From Burkholderiales bacterium (lineage in GTDB: Bacteria; Pseudomonadota; Gammaproteobacteria; Burkholderiales; Ga0077523), in the NCBI GenBank assembly GCA_965279325.1, contig OZ257154.1:3649340-3713339 (forward strand): a stretch of 64,000 bases of DNA, given 5' to 3'. Below are positions 54,918 to 63,373 of this stretch, piece after piece. How positions within the stretch are numbered: the stretch's first letter is position 1; each line of letters begins with the position of its first letter. The translations under genes and the position numbers were made by a program. A model generated the notes under the pieces. It was given only the letters and a program-made list of their open reading frames with translations, searched no databases and was not told the DNA's origin.

Positions 54918-55868
54918 TCAGGTGACGAGATGCCGCGGCTTCCCCGCCGCCCAGGCCTCGACGTTGTCGATCAACTGATCCGCCAGCGCCTGCATCGCTT
55001 CATTCGACGCCCAGGCCACGTGAGGCGTGAGAATGAAGTTCGGTCGATTCACCTGAAGTAGCGGGTGGTTGTCCGGCGGCGGCTCGCTCGTCAGCACGTC
55101 GAACCCCGCCCCTGCGATCAGCCCTTCGTCGAGCGCCTGGATCAACGCCGCCTCGTTCACCAGTCCGCCTCTCGCGGTGTTGATGACCAGCGCGCTGCGC
55201 TTCATCTTCCGAAACTGTTCGATGCCGATCATGTCGCGCGTGGCGGGCGTCAGCGGCAGGTGCAGCGACAGCACGTCGGATTCGGCGAGTACCTTCTCGA
55301 CGGACGTGAAGTCGACGCCTTCCATCTTCGGCGGCGCGTGGTCGGCGAACAGCACGCGCATGCCGAACCCGCGACCGATGGCGGCAGTGGCCTGGCCGAT
55401 CGCGCCTTCGCCGAAGATGCCCAGGGTCGATCCGTGCAGGTCGCCGATGCTGTGCGTGAACAGGCAGAACGCTGAGGACTTCTGCCACAGGCCGTTGCGA
55501 ACGTCGTGGTGGTACGCAACGAGATTGCGGCGCAGCGCGAGGATCAGCGCGAAGGTGTGCTCGGGCACCGTGTGGACGGCGTAGTTGCGGATGTTGGCCA
55601 CCGCGATGCCGCGTTTGCGGCATGCTTCGACGTCGATGCAGTCGTAGCCCGTGGCCGTCACCGCGATCATCTTGAGCTTGGGCAACTGCGCCAGCGTCGG
55701 TTCGCGCAGTTGAACCTTGTTGATGAGCGCGATGGTGGCGTCTTTGAGCCGGGAGACCGCCTGGTCCGGCGTCGTGGACGGGTACTCGGCCCAGGTGTGT
55801 TCGAAACTCGGGCGGCGGATGTTCGCCTGGATGGAGTCGCGTTCGAGGATGACGACGTGATGCGTCAT
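54918..55868 (-). CDS. D-2-hydroxyacid dehydrogenase (glycerate dehydrogenase / hydroxypyruvate reductase-like)
   Basis: 3' part of ORF 54918..56777, starting at MTHHVVILERD (ATG 55868, overlaps the upstream TGA by 1 nt). GIFGEGAIGQA NAD motif, NTARGGLV, TPHVAWAS. Confidence 0.85.
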   Translation of the reverse strand: MTHHVVILERDSIQANIRRPSFEHTWAEYPSTTPDQAVSRLKDATIALINKVQLREPTLAQLPKLKMIAVTATGYDCIDVEACRKRGIAVANIRNYAVHTVPEHTFALILALRRNLVAYHHDVRNGLWQKSSAFCLFTHSIGDLHGSTLGIFGEGAIGQATAAIGRGFGMRVLFADHAPPKMEGVDFTSVEKVLAESDVLSLHLPLTPATRDMIGIEQFRKMKRSALVINTARGGLVNEAALIQALDEGLIAGAGFDVLTSEPPPDNHPLLQVNRPNFILTPHVAWASNEAMQALADQLIDNVEAWAAGKPRHLVT

Positions 55869-57109
55869 CAGCGCTTGCCTTCCTTTGCGCCCGCGGAGGC
55901 GACTCCCTCCTCGTTGCGAGCGACCTTGTTCCGGAGCAGCGCCTCGTTGCCGCGCCAGTAGTTCTGCGCGGCTGCCACGCCGCTGCCCGGTTCGATCTTG
56001 ATACCCACGTCGAGCATGGCCATCTCCACGCCGGCCAGTGCACCGAGCAGCATCAGTTCGTTGAGATCGCCGAGGTGGGCGATGCGGAACACCTTGCCCG
56101 CGACTTTCGCCAATCCGGATCCGAGTGCGAGGTTGTAGCGGCGGAAGGCCACGTCGATCACCTTTGCCGCGTCGATGCCTTCCGGCACTACGATGGCGGT
56201 GACGGTGTCGGAGTACCACTTCGGCGCCTTCGCGCAGAGGCCGAGCTTCCAGCCGTTCAGGATCGCGGCGCGCACGCCGGAGGCGAGATAGTGGTGGCGG
56301 TGGAAGACGTTCTCCAGGCCTTCTTCCTGGATCAGGTCGAGCGACGCGCGCAGGCCGCGCAGCATCGACGTCGCCGGCGTGTAGGGGAAGTAGCCGGTTG
56401 CGTTGGCGCGCAACATGTTGCCGAAATCGAAGAAGTAGCGGGGCTGCGTGGCTTTCTCGCTCGCGGCGAGCGCCTTCTCGCTGGCGCAGAGCAGGCAGAG
56501 GCCGGTGGGGAGCATCAGACCCTTCTGCGAAGCGGTGACGCAGATGTCGACGCCCCATTCGTCCATGCGGAAGTCGATGCAGCCGAGCGAGCTGACGGTG
56601 TCCACGAGCAACAGCGCGGGATGCTTCGCGGCATCCATCGCGCGGCGCACGGCGGCAATGTCGCTCACCACGCCGGTGGAGGTTTCGCAGTGGGTGGCGA
56701 GCACGGCCTTGATGCGGTGCGCCTTGTCCTTCTCGAGGATTTCCAGATAGCGCTCGACCGGGACGCCTTCGCCCCACTCGCCGTCGATCGCTTCCACCTG
56801 CAGGCCGAGCCTTCGCGCCATCTCGCTCCAGTTGGTGCTGAACTGGCCATGGCGGGCGGCCAGTACGGCGTCACCCGGCGAGAGCGTGTTGGAGAGGGTC
56901 GCTTCCCAGCCGCCGGTGCCGGTGGAGGGGAAGAGGATCGGCGTGCCCTTCTCGGTCTTGAAGATCTGCTTGAGATCGGTGAGCACGCCGCGCGACAGTT
57001 CGGGAAACGCCGAGGAGCGATGGTCTTCCATCGCGCCGACCATGGCTCGCGCCACGCGATCGGGAATGTTCGTCGGTCCGGGGATGAACAGGAAACTGCG
57101 GCCGGCCAT
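55868..57109 (-). CDS. class V aminotransferase (serine-glyoxylate / alanine-glyoxylate type)
   Basis: FIPGPTNIPDRV N-terminus. PLP-Lys block VTASQKGLMLPTG. Confidence 0.85.
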   Translation of the reverse strand: MAGRSFLFIPGPTNIPDRVARAMVGAMEDHRSSAFPELSRGVLTDLKQIFKTEKGTPILFPSTGTGGWEATLSNTLSPGDAVLAARHGQFSTNWSEMARRLGLQVEAIDGEWGEGVPVERYLEILEKDKAHRIKAVLATHCETSTGVVSDIAAVRRAMDAAKHPALLLVDTVSSLGCIDFRMDEWGVDICVTASQKGLMLPTGLCLLCASEKALAASEKATQPRYFFDFGNMLRANATGYFPYTPATSMLRGLRASLDLIQEEGLENVFHRHHYLASGVRAAILNGWKLGLCAKAPKWYSDTVTAIVVPEGIDAAKVIDVAFRRYNLALGSGLAKVAGKVFRIAHLGDLNELMLLGALAGVEMAMLDVGIKIEPGSGVAAAQNYWRGNEALLRNKVARNEEGVASAGAKEGKR

Positions 57110-57207
57110 GGGCGGATCTCCGTTGTTGGGTCTGGCGAGTCATGCATGATACAAGGGCGAAATCCGGTCGCACGAGCGGACCGCACCAGGAGTCGGAGTG
57201 AATCGAG

Positions 57208-58446
57208 ATGTCGCCCACCATCAATTCTGAACGGCTGTGGAACTCCCTGATGGAGCTCGCAAAGATCGGAGCGACGGAGAAGGGCGGGGTGCGGCGCCTC
57301 GCACTGACCGACCTCGATCGGCAGGCGCGTGACCTGGTGATCCGCTGGTGCGAGGAGGCCGGCTGCACGGTGAAGGTGGACGGGGTGGGCAACATCTTCG
57401 CGCGGCGCGCCGGGCAGGACGACAGCCTGCCGCCGATCATGACCGGCAGCCACATCGACACGCAGCCCTCCGGCGGCAAGTTCGACGGAAACTACGGCGT
57501 GCTCGCGGGTCTCGAGGCGATCCGCACCCTCAACGACGGGCGGATCACGACCCGCGCACCGGTCGAACTGGCGATCTGGACCAACGAAGAGGGCTCGCGC
57601 TTCACGCCCGTGATGATGGGGTCCGGCGTCTTCGTCGGTGCGTTCCCGCTGGACATGGTGCTGCAGCGCGCGGACATCGACGGGATCACGGTGGGCGACG
57701 CCCTGAAGCAGATCGGCTACGCCGGCGCCGAGAAGGTGGGCGGTCGTCCGGTCGGTGCGTACTTCGAGGCGCACATCGAGCAAGGACCGATCCTCGAGGA
57801 CGAGAACAAGGTCCTGGGTGTCGTGGTGGGGGCGCTGGGCCTGCGGTGGTACGACGTGGTGATAGCGGGCCAGGACGCGCACGCGGGGCCCACGCCGATG
57901 CGCCTGCGCAAGGACGCGTTGCTGGTGGCGTCGCGAATCGTGAACGAGGTCAACGCGATCGCCTACCGCTACCAGCCGAACGGCCGGGGGACGGTGGGTT
58001 TCCTGCAGGTGAAGCCCAATTCCCGCAACGTGATTCCGGGCGAGGTGCGCTTTTCGGTGGACCTGCGGCATGCGGAGGACGCCCAGCTCGAGCGCATGGA
58101 GCAGGAAATGCGCGCCGCGTGCGATCGCCTGGCGCAGGCGGAGCATTGCACCGCCAACGTCGAGCGCGTAGCCAACTACCCGGCGTGCAAGTTCGACGAG
58201 TCCTGCGTAGCCCAGGTGCGCAAGGGCGCGGAAGAGATGGAGATGAGCCACATGGATATCGTGAGCGGCGCTGGTCACGATGCGATCTACATGGCGCGGG
58301 TGTGCCCCACCAGCATGATCTTCGTGCCGTGCGAAGGCGGCATCAGCCACAACGAGATCGAGAACGCCAAGGCCGATGATCTCGCGGCGGGCTGCAACGT
58401 GCTGCTCCACGCGATGGTGGCGCGCGCCGGCATCGCGCATCGCTGA
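57208..58446 (+). CDS. M20-family Zn amidohydrolase (N-carbamoyl-amino-acid / allantoate amidohydrolase type)
   Basis: IMTGSHIDTQPSGGKFDGNYGVLAGLE and SGAGHDA blocks. Confidence 0.85.
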   Translation: MSPTINSERLWNSLMELAKIGATEKGGVRRLALTDLDRQARDLVIRWCEEAGCTVKVDGVGNIFARRAGQDDSLPPIMTGSHIDTQPSGGKFDGNYGVLAGLEAIRTLNDGRITTRAPVELAIWTNEEGSRFTPVMMGSGVFVGAFPLDMVLQRADIDGITVGDALKQIGYAGAEKVGGRPVGAYFEAHIEQGPILEDENKVLGVVVGALGLRWYDVVIAGQDAHAGPTPMRLRKDALLVASRIVNEVNAIAYRYQPNGRGTVGFLQVKPNSRNVIPGEVRFSVDLRHAEDAQLERMEQEMRAACDRLAQAEHCTANVERVANYPACKFDESCVAQVRKGAEEMEMSHMDIVSGAGHDAIYMARVCPTSMIFVPCEGGISHNEIENAKADDLAAGCNVLLHAMVARAGIAHR

Positions 58447-58456
58447 ACGCGCGCCC

Positions 58457-59443
58457 ATGAAACCGAAAGTCATCCTGCTGGCCACTGGAGGCACCATCGC
58501 TTCGCGCTACGACCCGGCGCTCGGGCGGACAGTGGCATCGCAACGCGCGGAAGATCTGCTCGTGATGCTGCCGCGGGCCGCCGAGGTCGTGGATCTCGAG
58601 GTGATCGACCACGCGACGGTAGCGAGCTTCGACATGACCGTGCAGTTCGCCTTCGGCCTCGCACGGCGCATCAACGAGCTCGCCTCCCGGAGCGATGTCG
58701 CCGGGATCGTCGTCACCCATGGGACGGACACCATGGAGGAGACGAGCTACCTCGCGGATCTCCTGCTCGAGTCCGACAAGCCCGTCGTCTTCACGGGTGC
58801 GCAGCGGGCCCACGATGACCCGCAGGCGGACGGGCCGCTCAACCTGCTGAACGCCATGCGCGTCGCGATTTCGCCGGTGGCGCGCGGCTTGGGCGCAGTG
58901 GTCTGTTTCAACGGCGCCATCCACGCGGCGCGTGACGTCGCCAAGACACATACCAGCGCGCTGGAGACGTTTCAGTCGCCCAGCCTCGGTCCGCTCGGGG
59001 AGATCGACGGGGAGAGCGTGGTCGTCCATCGCCGGCCGCGGTTGCGGCGTTCGTTCGCCGTCGACCAACTCGACGAGCGAGTCACGCTGTTCCGGCTGTC
59101 ACTCGGGGTCGACCTCGACGACCTGCGTGCGATCGCTGCGCGCAAACCCGCGGGTATCGTGATCGAAGCCTTTGGGCGAGGCAACGGGCCCAGCGCACTC
59201 ACGCCCATCGTCCGCGACGCGACCGCGCAGGGCATCGTCGTCGTGATTTCATCGCGCTGCGCCTCTGGACGGGTGAAGCCGGTCTACGGTGGCGGAGGCG
59301 GCGGGCGCGATCTCGAAGACGCAGGTGCCCGGTTTGCGGGCGACCTGCGCGGACCCAAGGCGCGACTGGCGCTGATGGTCCTGCTGTCCGCCGCAGGCGC
59401 CCGCCAGCGCATCGACGAGCTGCTCGGGCAGCTCGCTCCCTGA
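58457..59443 (+). CDS. L-asparaginase (type II-like)
   Basis: ORF track 58376..59443, trimmed to MKPKVILLATGGTIAS at 58457. Second signature GIVVTHGTDTMEET. Confidence 0.85.
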   Translation: MKPKVILLATGGTIASRYDPALGRTVASQRAEDLLVMLPRAAEVVDLEVIDHATVASFDMTVQFAFGLARRINELASRSDVAGIVVTHGTDTMEETSYLADLLLESDKPVVFTGAQRAHDDPQADGPLNLLNAMRVAISPVARGLGAVVCFNGAIHAARDVAKTHTSALETFQSPSLGPLGEIDGESVVVHRRPRLRRSFAVDQLDERVTLFRLSLGVDLDDLRAIAARKPAGIVIEAFGRGNGPSALTPIVRDATAQGIVVVISSRCASGRVKPVYGGGGGGRDLEDAGARFAGDLRGPKARLALMVLLSAAGARQRIDELLGQLAP

Positions 59444-59494
59444 AAGGCTTCGCCGGCGCGACAGACGTGCACCGGTGAGTGCCCGGATACCGCG

Positions 59495-59857
59495 CTACTT
59501 TTTCTTCTTCCAGCGGCTCGCGCACTGGACCGGCGTGTTGCGGACCAGCATCGCCACTTCCTTCGCGTTCGCCCAATGGATGACGTCGTGCGTGACGCCT
59601 GCGGTCTGGTTGCGCAGCGTCGGTTCCTGCGCGGTCTCGATCTCGCCTTCGATCACGTCGTCGACTTTCGGCAACGGCAGCGCCTTGACGGAGAACAGGC
59701 CAAAGGCGTCCCTGGGCTCGCCTTCGGGCAGCTTGAGGATGAAGTAGCCGCAGGTCGAGTCAGCCCAGCTCACCACGCCCTCGGCGGCGTGGGCGGCGGG
59801 AAACATTTGGCAATGAATCGCAATGATCGCGCTGGCGGCGATCGTTATTTTCTTCAT
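59495..59857 (-). CDS. small secreted hypothetical protein (120 aa)
   Basis: 3' part of ORF 59495..60082, starting at MKKITIAASAIIAI (ATG 59857, GGAGGAAATCGA upstream). Signal peptide ending AAHA. Lys-rich C-terminus. Confidence 0.6.
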   Translation of the reverse strand: MKKITIAASAIIAIHCQMFPAAHAAEGVVSWADSTCGYFILKLPEGEPRDAFGLFSVKALPLPKVDDVIEGEIETAQEPTLRNQTAGVTHDVIHWANAKEVAMLVRNTPVQCASRWKKKK

Positions 59858-60243
59858 TCGATTTCCTCCGGGTCGGGCGCCGCGCTGCAACATGAGCGCG
59901 GCAACAATCCTACCTTGACTTATACGGATGACATCGAAAGAATTGCCCGCAGCAAGCGTGACGAAAAGTGCACCCGGCGCAAGACCGGCAAGCACGGGAG
60001 AGCATCGAGAGGAGGCCAGTATTCTCGGACCGGCCGGCGCATCGCGATCATGCGTGCGTACCCCGGCCGTTTCGATCGACACCGCCCCGGTTCGTCCTCG
60101 GCGGACGGTCCCCTTCCCGACTTCATCCCTCGACGCGGTGCGATGACGCGTGCGGGTGTCAGTGCCGCGCAGGGAGTCGGCACCGACCCGCTCGACCAGG
60201 TCGAAAGTCCGTGGTTCGAGTCAAACTCTGGAGGGGTCGCTAA

Positions 60244-61932
60244 ATGCATATCAAGTTGAAATCGATGGTGGTGGCGCTCGCCGTCGCCGGGATGGCGGGC
60301 GTGGCGTTCGCAGGGCCGGTGAGCGAGCAGATGCTGGGGCAGGATCCGAGCGATTCGTGGCTGCATTCCAACGGCAACTGGGCGGGTCACCGCTACAGCG
60401 TGCTGTCGCAGTTGAACAACCGCAATGCCAAGGATCTGAAGGTTGCCTGGACGACGTCGGTCGGTGCGAAGACGGATTCGCAGGCAACCCCGCTGTATCA
60501 CGATGGGCTCATCTACTTCCCGCAGGACAACAAGGTGTTCGCGATCGACGCGGACAACGGCAAGGTCGTGTGGAAGTACGAGCACAAGCTGCCCGACGAC
60601 TGGGGCGGCTACAACGTACCGTTCTTCACCGGCAAGCACCGCGGCGTCGCGATCATGGGCGAGAACGTGTACTTCCTGTCGAACGACAACAAACTGCACG
60701 CCCTGAACTACAAGACGGGCAAGGCCAAGTTCGTCAAGGACTACCAGGATCAAGGCATCGTGTATCCGAAGGACTTCGCCAAGGCCGGCGACTCCAACGG
60801 CTACATCAGCACTGTCGGCCCGATGGCCATCCCGGGCGCGATCGTCCTGCCGATGAACGGTACCGACACGGGCGGTCTGGAAGGTTTTGTCCTCGGCGTG
60901 AGTCCGGAGGACGGCAAGCTGCTGTGGAAGGCGAACATGATTCCCCGTCGCGACGAGCCGGGCGGCGACAGCTGGCCCGAAGGGAGCACGAAGTACGGCG
61001 GCGCCGGTGCCTGGATCGTGGGTTCGTACGATCCCGAACTCAAGATGTACTACCAGGGTACGGCGAACGCCTACGAGTGGAACCCGAAGAACCGGGGCGG
61101 CGGCGAGATGGACAACGTCGGCGCGGCGAGCATCGTCGCGGTCAACACTGAAAGCGGCAAGGTGAACTGGCGGTACGTGGGTGTGCCCGGCGATCCGTGG
61201 GACTACGACATTCCGCAGACGCCCATGGTGATCAACATCGATGGCAAGAAGACCATCGTGCAGCCCAACAAGACCGGTTACATCCATCATCTGGATGCGA
61301 AGTCCGGACAGTTCCTGAGGGCCGACAAGTTCGTCGACCGGATCAACTGGATCAAGGGCTACGACAAGAACGGACGTCCGATCGACATGGTCGCGTTGCC
61401 GAAGGAAGGCGGCGATCCGATCGAGATTTCTCCGGGGTTGCTCGGCGGGGTCAACATGTACCCGAACGCCTACAACCCGAACACCGGCAACGTGTACCTC
61501 GCCGCCACGGAATCCTCGATGAAGTACGGATTCGAGGACATCAAGCTGATCAGCAACGTCCGCCACTTCGGTGCCTACCAGGAGTTCATGTTCGGCGACG
61601 AAGTGGACAAGGCCGTCAACGTGAAGTCCGGCAAGGAAGTCTGGCGCGACACGCAAGTGGGCAAGCCGGGCTATGCGGGCGGCATGCTGACGACCAATGG
61701 AAACCTCGTGATCTATACGACGCAAGGCGGCAAGTTCACGGTGGTCGATGCGCGTTCGGGCGAGCGGCTCTATGAGATGAACACCGGGATCGCGGCCAAG
61801 TCAGGCCCGATCACGTTCATGCACAAGGGCAAGCAGCTGATCGTGCAGGCGCTGGGCGGAACGCCCGGCTTCGGCCGCGACGAAGCGCATGGCATCGAGT
61901 TCGGCCACGCGATCGTCGCTTTCACCCGCTAA
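60244..61932 (+). CDS. PQQ-dependent dehydrogenase, methanol/ethanol family; atypical (no cysteines; D-Y-D lanthanide-type motif)
   Basis: GGAGGGG upstream. Signal peptide. Family blocks WLHSNGNWAGHRYS, SYDPELKMYYQGTANAYEWNP, GDPWDYD, NKTGYIHHLD. FFTGKHRG replaces the usual CC-x4-RG. Confidence 0.85.
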   Translation: MHIKLKSMVVALAVAGMAGVAFAGPVSEQMLGQDPSDSWLHSNGNWAGHRYSVLSQLNNRNAKDLKVAWTTSVGAKTDSQATPLYHDGLIYFPQDNKVFAIDADNGKVVWKYEHKLPDDWGGYNVPFFTGKHRGVAIMGENVYFLSNDNKLHALNYKTGKAKFVKDYQDQGIVYPKDFAKAGDSNGYISTVGPMAIPGAIVLPMNGTDTGGLEGFVLGVSPEDGKLLWKANMIPRRDEPGGDSWPEGSTKYGGAGAWIVGSYDPELKMYYQGTANAYEWNPKNRGGGEMDNVGAASIVAVNTESGKVNWRYVGVPGDPWDYDIPQTPMVINIDGKKTIVQPNKTGYIHHLDAKSGQFLRADKFVDRINWIKGYDKNGRPIDMVALPKEGGDPIEISPGLLGGVNMYPNAYNPNTGNVYLAATESSMKYGFEDIKLISNVRHFGAYQEFMFGDEVDKAVNVKSGKEVWRDTQVGKPGYAGGMLTTNGNLVIYTTQGGKFTVVDARSGERLYEMNTGIAAKSGPITFMHKGKQLIVQALGGTPGFGRDEAHGIEFGHAIVAFTR

Positions 61933-61951
61933 GAGGGCATTGAAGGCATCG

Positions 61952-61980
61952 GGGCGCGCGCAAGTGCGCGCCCTTTTTTT
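61952..61980 (+). terminator. rho-independent terminator
   Basis: GGGCGCGC, loop GCAAGT, GCGCGCCC, followed by TTTTTTT. Starts 19 nt after the PQQ dehydrogenase stop. Confidence 0.8.
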
Positions 61981-62027
61981 CGCGTGAACCCCAAGGGGTG
62001 CACGCCGGCTACAGGGAGTCAGTGGCA

Positions 62028-62441
62028 ATGAACCGTTTTTCGCGAGATCGATGGAGCGCCTGGTCGCTCGCCATCCTGCTGGGGATGACGGTCGCCGCCG
62101 CGGTGGCGGACGACGAGATTCCCGACGTGAATCCATTTTCCGGTGACGAGAAGGCGATGCGAGAGGGTAAGTCCTGGTACCGGGGCGTGTGTGCCGCGTG
62201 TCACGGCGGGCGTGCCGACGGCGCTGGCGAGCGGGGCAACGGCGCCGACCTGCGCAAGCTCGACCTGGGTTTCAAGGGCTACGTGCACGTGGTGCTCGAA
62301 GGGCGCCAGCAGCCCGGCCGCACCATGGCCATGCCTGCCTGGAAAGGCGTACTAAAGAACGACGACATCTACAAGATCGGCGCCTACCTCGAGACCATGG
62401 GCATCGAGGGATCCAACTGGAAGGAAGGCGTCAAACGCTGA
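62028..62441 (+). CDS. monoheme c-type cytochrome, periplasmic
   Basis: ORF track 61998..62441, trimmed to MNRFSRDRW at 62028, with GGGAG 9 nt upstream. Signal anchor. Heme motif CAACH. Distal Met candidate in TMAMPAW. Confidence 0.8.
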   Translation: MNRFSRDRWSAWSLAILLGMTVAAAVADDEIPDVNPFSGDEKAMREGKSWYRGVCAACHGGRADGAGERGNGADLRKLDLGFKGYVHVVLEGRQQPGRTMAMPAWKGVLKNDDIYKIGAYLETMGIEGSNWKEGVKR

Positions 62442-62653
62442 CCCGTCGCCCGGATCGTCCGCATCCGGGAGGTGTCGGCCATGTCCTGCGCCGACTATGA
62501 CATTCGTCCTATCGACCCGTTTGGCGGGTCGCGGCAAGCTGTTGCCATGGCCCGCACCCAACCAGCGGGCCCGGGAATTGCTGTCATCAAACTCAAGAAG
62601 CGACCTGACGGTCCGATAGCTCAAGGCAGGGGGGAGTCGACTGGAGGTTTGAG

Positions 62654-63070
62654 ATGGACGCTGCCCCCCTTTCTTCGCTGCTCACGGAGCTCTTCACGGC
62701 AATCCAGCTCGTCTCGGGCTACCCCCTCCCGGAACGGCTCCCCGAAGTGCACTTCGTCCCGCAGCAGGTCATCCAGCAGAAGTTCTGCAACGGCCCCTGC
62801 CGTGTCCCGGCTGCCTACCACACCGAGGAAGGCGTCTACTTCGACGAGAGTCTCGACTTGGTGCGCAACACCTACAATCGTTCGATTCTGGTGCACGAAC
62901 TGGTGCACCACCTGCAGATCTCGGCCGGTCTGTTCGATGCAAACATGAGCGAGTGCGAGCGCATCACCCGCGACGAGCGCGAGGCCTACGAGATCCAGAA
63001 TCGTTACCTGAGCAGCGTGAAGGATCTGCACCGCCTCCCGCTGCCGCGATTGAGCTGCGGCGGCAGCTGA
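62654..63070 (+). CDS. small HExxH-motif protein (putative zincin-like metallopeptidase fold), function unknown
   Basis: GGAGG 7 nt upstream. G/C-rich third positions, unlike the flanks. SILVHELVHHLQ (H-E-x-x-H). No signal peptide. Confidence 0.6.
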   Translation: MDAAPLSSLLTELFTAIQLVSGYPLPERLPEVHFVPQQVIQQKFCNGPCRVPAAYHTEEGVYFDESLDLVRNTYNRSILVHELVHHLQISAGLFDANMSECERITRDEREAYEIQNRYLSSVKDLHRLPLPRLSCGGS

Positions 63071-63373
63071 TCGGTCGTCGTCGAAGCGAACCCCTTCCGA
63101 ACGCGCGAAAGTTCGTCGAAGGGCTTGCGCATCGGAGGTCCCGCCTCCTAACCTACTGGGTCCCCGGATCGGTTTTGCGCCATTGATTTTCGGCCGAGCC
63201 GCGTTCGTCGGTCAGGCGGCAGGCGGTGCCATCCAGGCAGCGCAAGTTGCCCGGTGACCGCTGCGCACGCCAATTGCTCCGCTCCGATTCCCGTGCCGAA
63301 TCCTCCAGCGGCGCGCGGGACCCTGCGGTACGGTATTCGACTCCAATAACGGAATTTTCAAGGATCCGCACTG

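Noticed and set aside
59808-59822. Sigma-54-like TGGCAATGAATCGCA upstream of the PQQ dehydrogenase.
   Set aside because: The GG-to-GC spacing is one nucleotide short of the -24/-12 consensus. The site lies inside the coding sequence of the small divergent gene, about 430 nt from the dehydrogenase start, and no enhancer-binding protein gene is nearby.
62472-62948. A 158-aa ORF preceding and overlapping the HExxH gene.
   Set aside because: Its first about 60 codons have mixed third-position composition, unlike real genes here. The rest is the +1 frame of the well-supported 62654..63070 gene (Ser/Arg-rich product). No SD is present.
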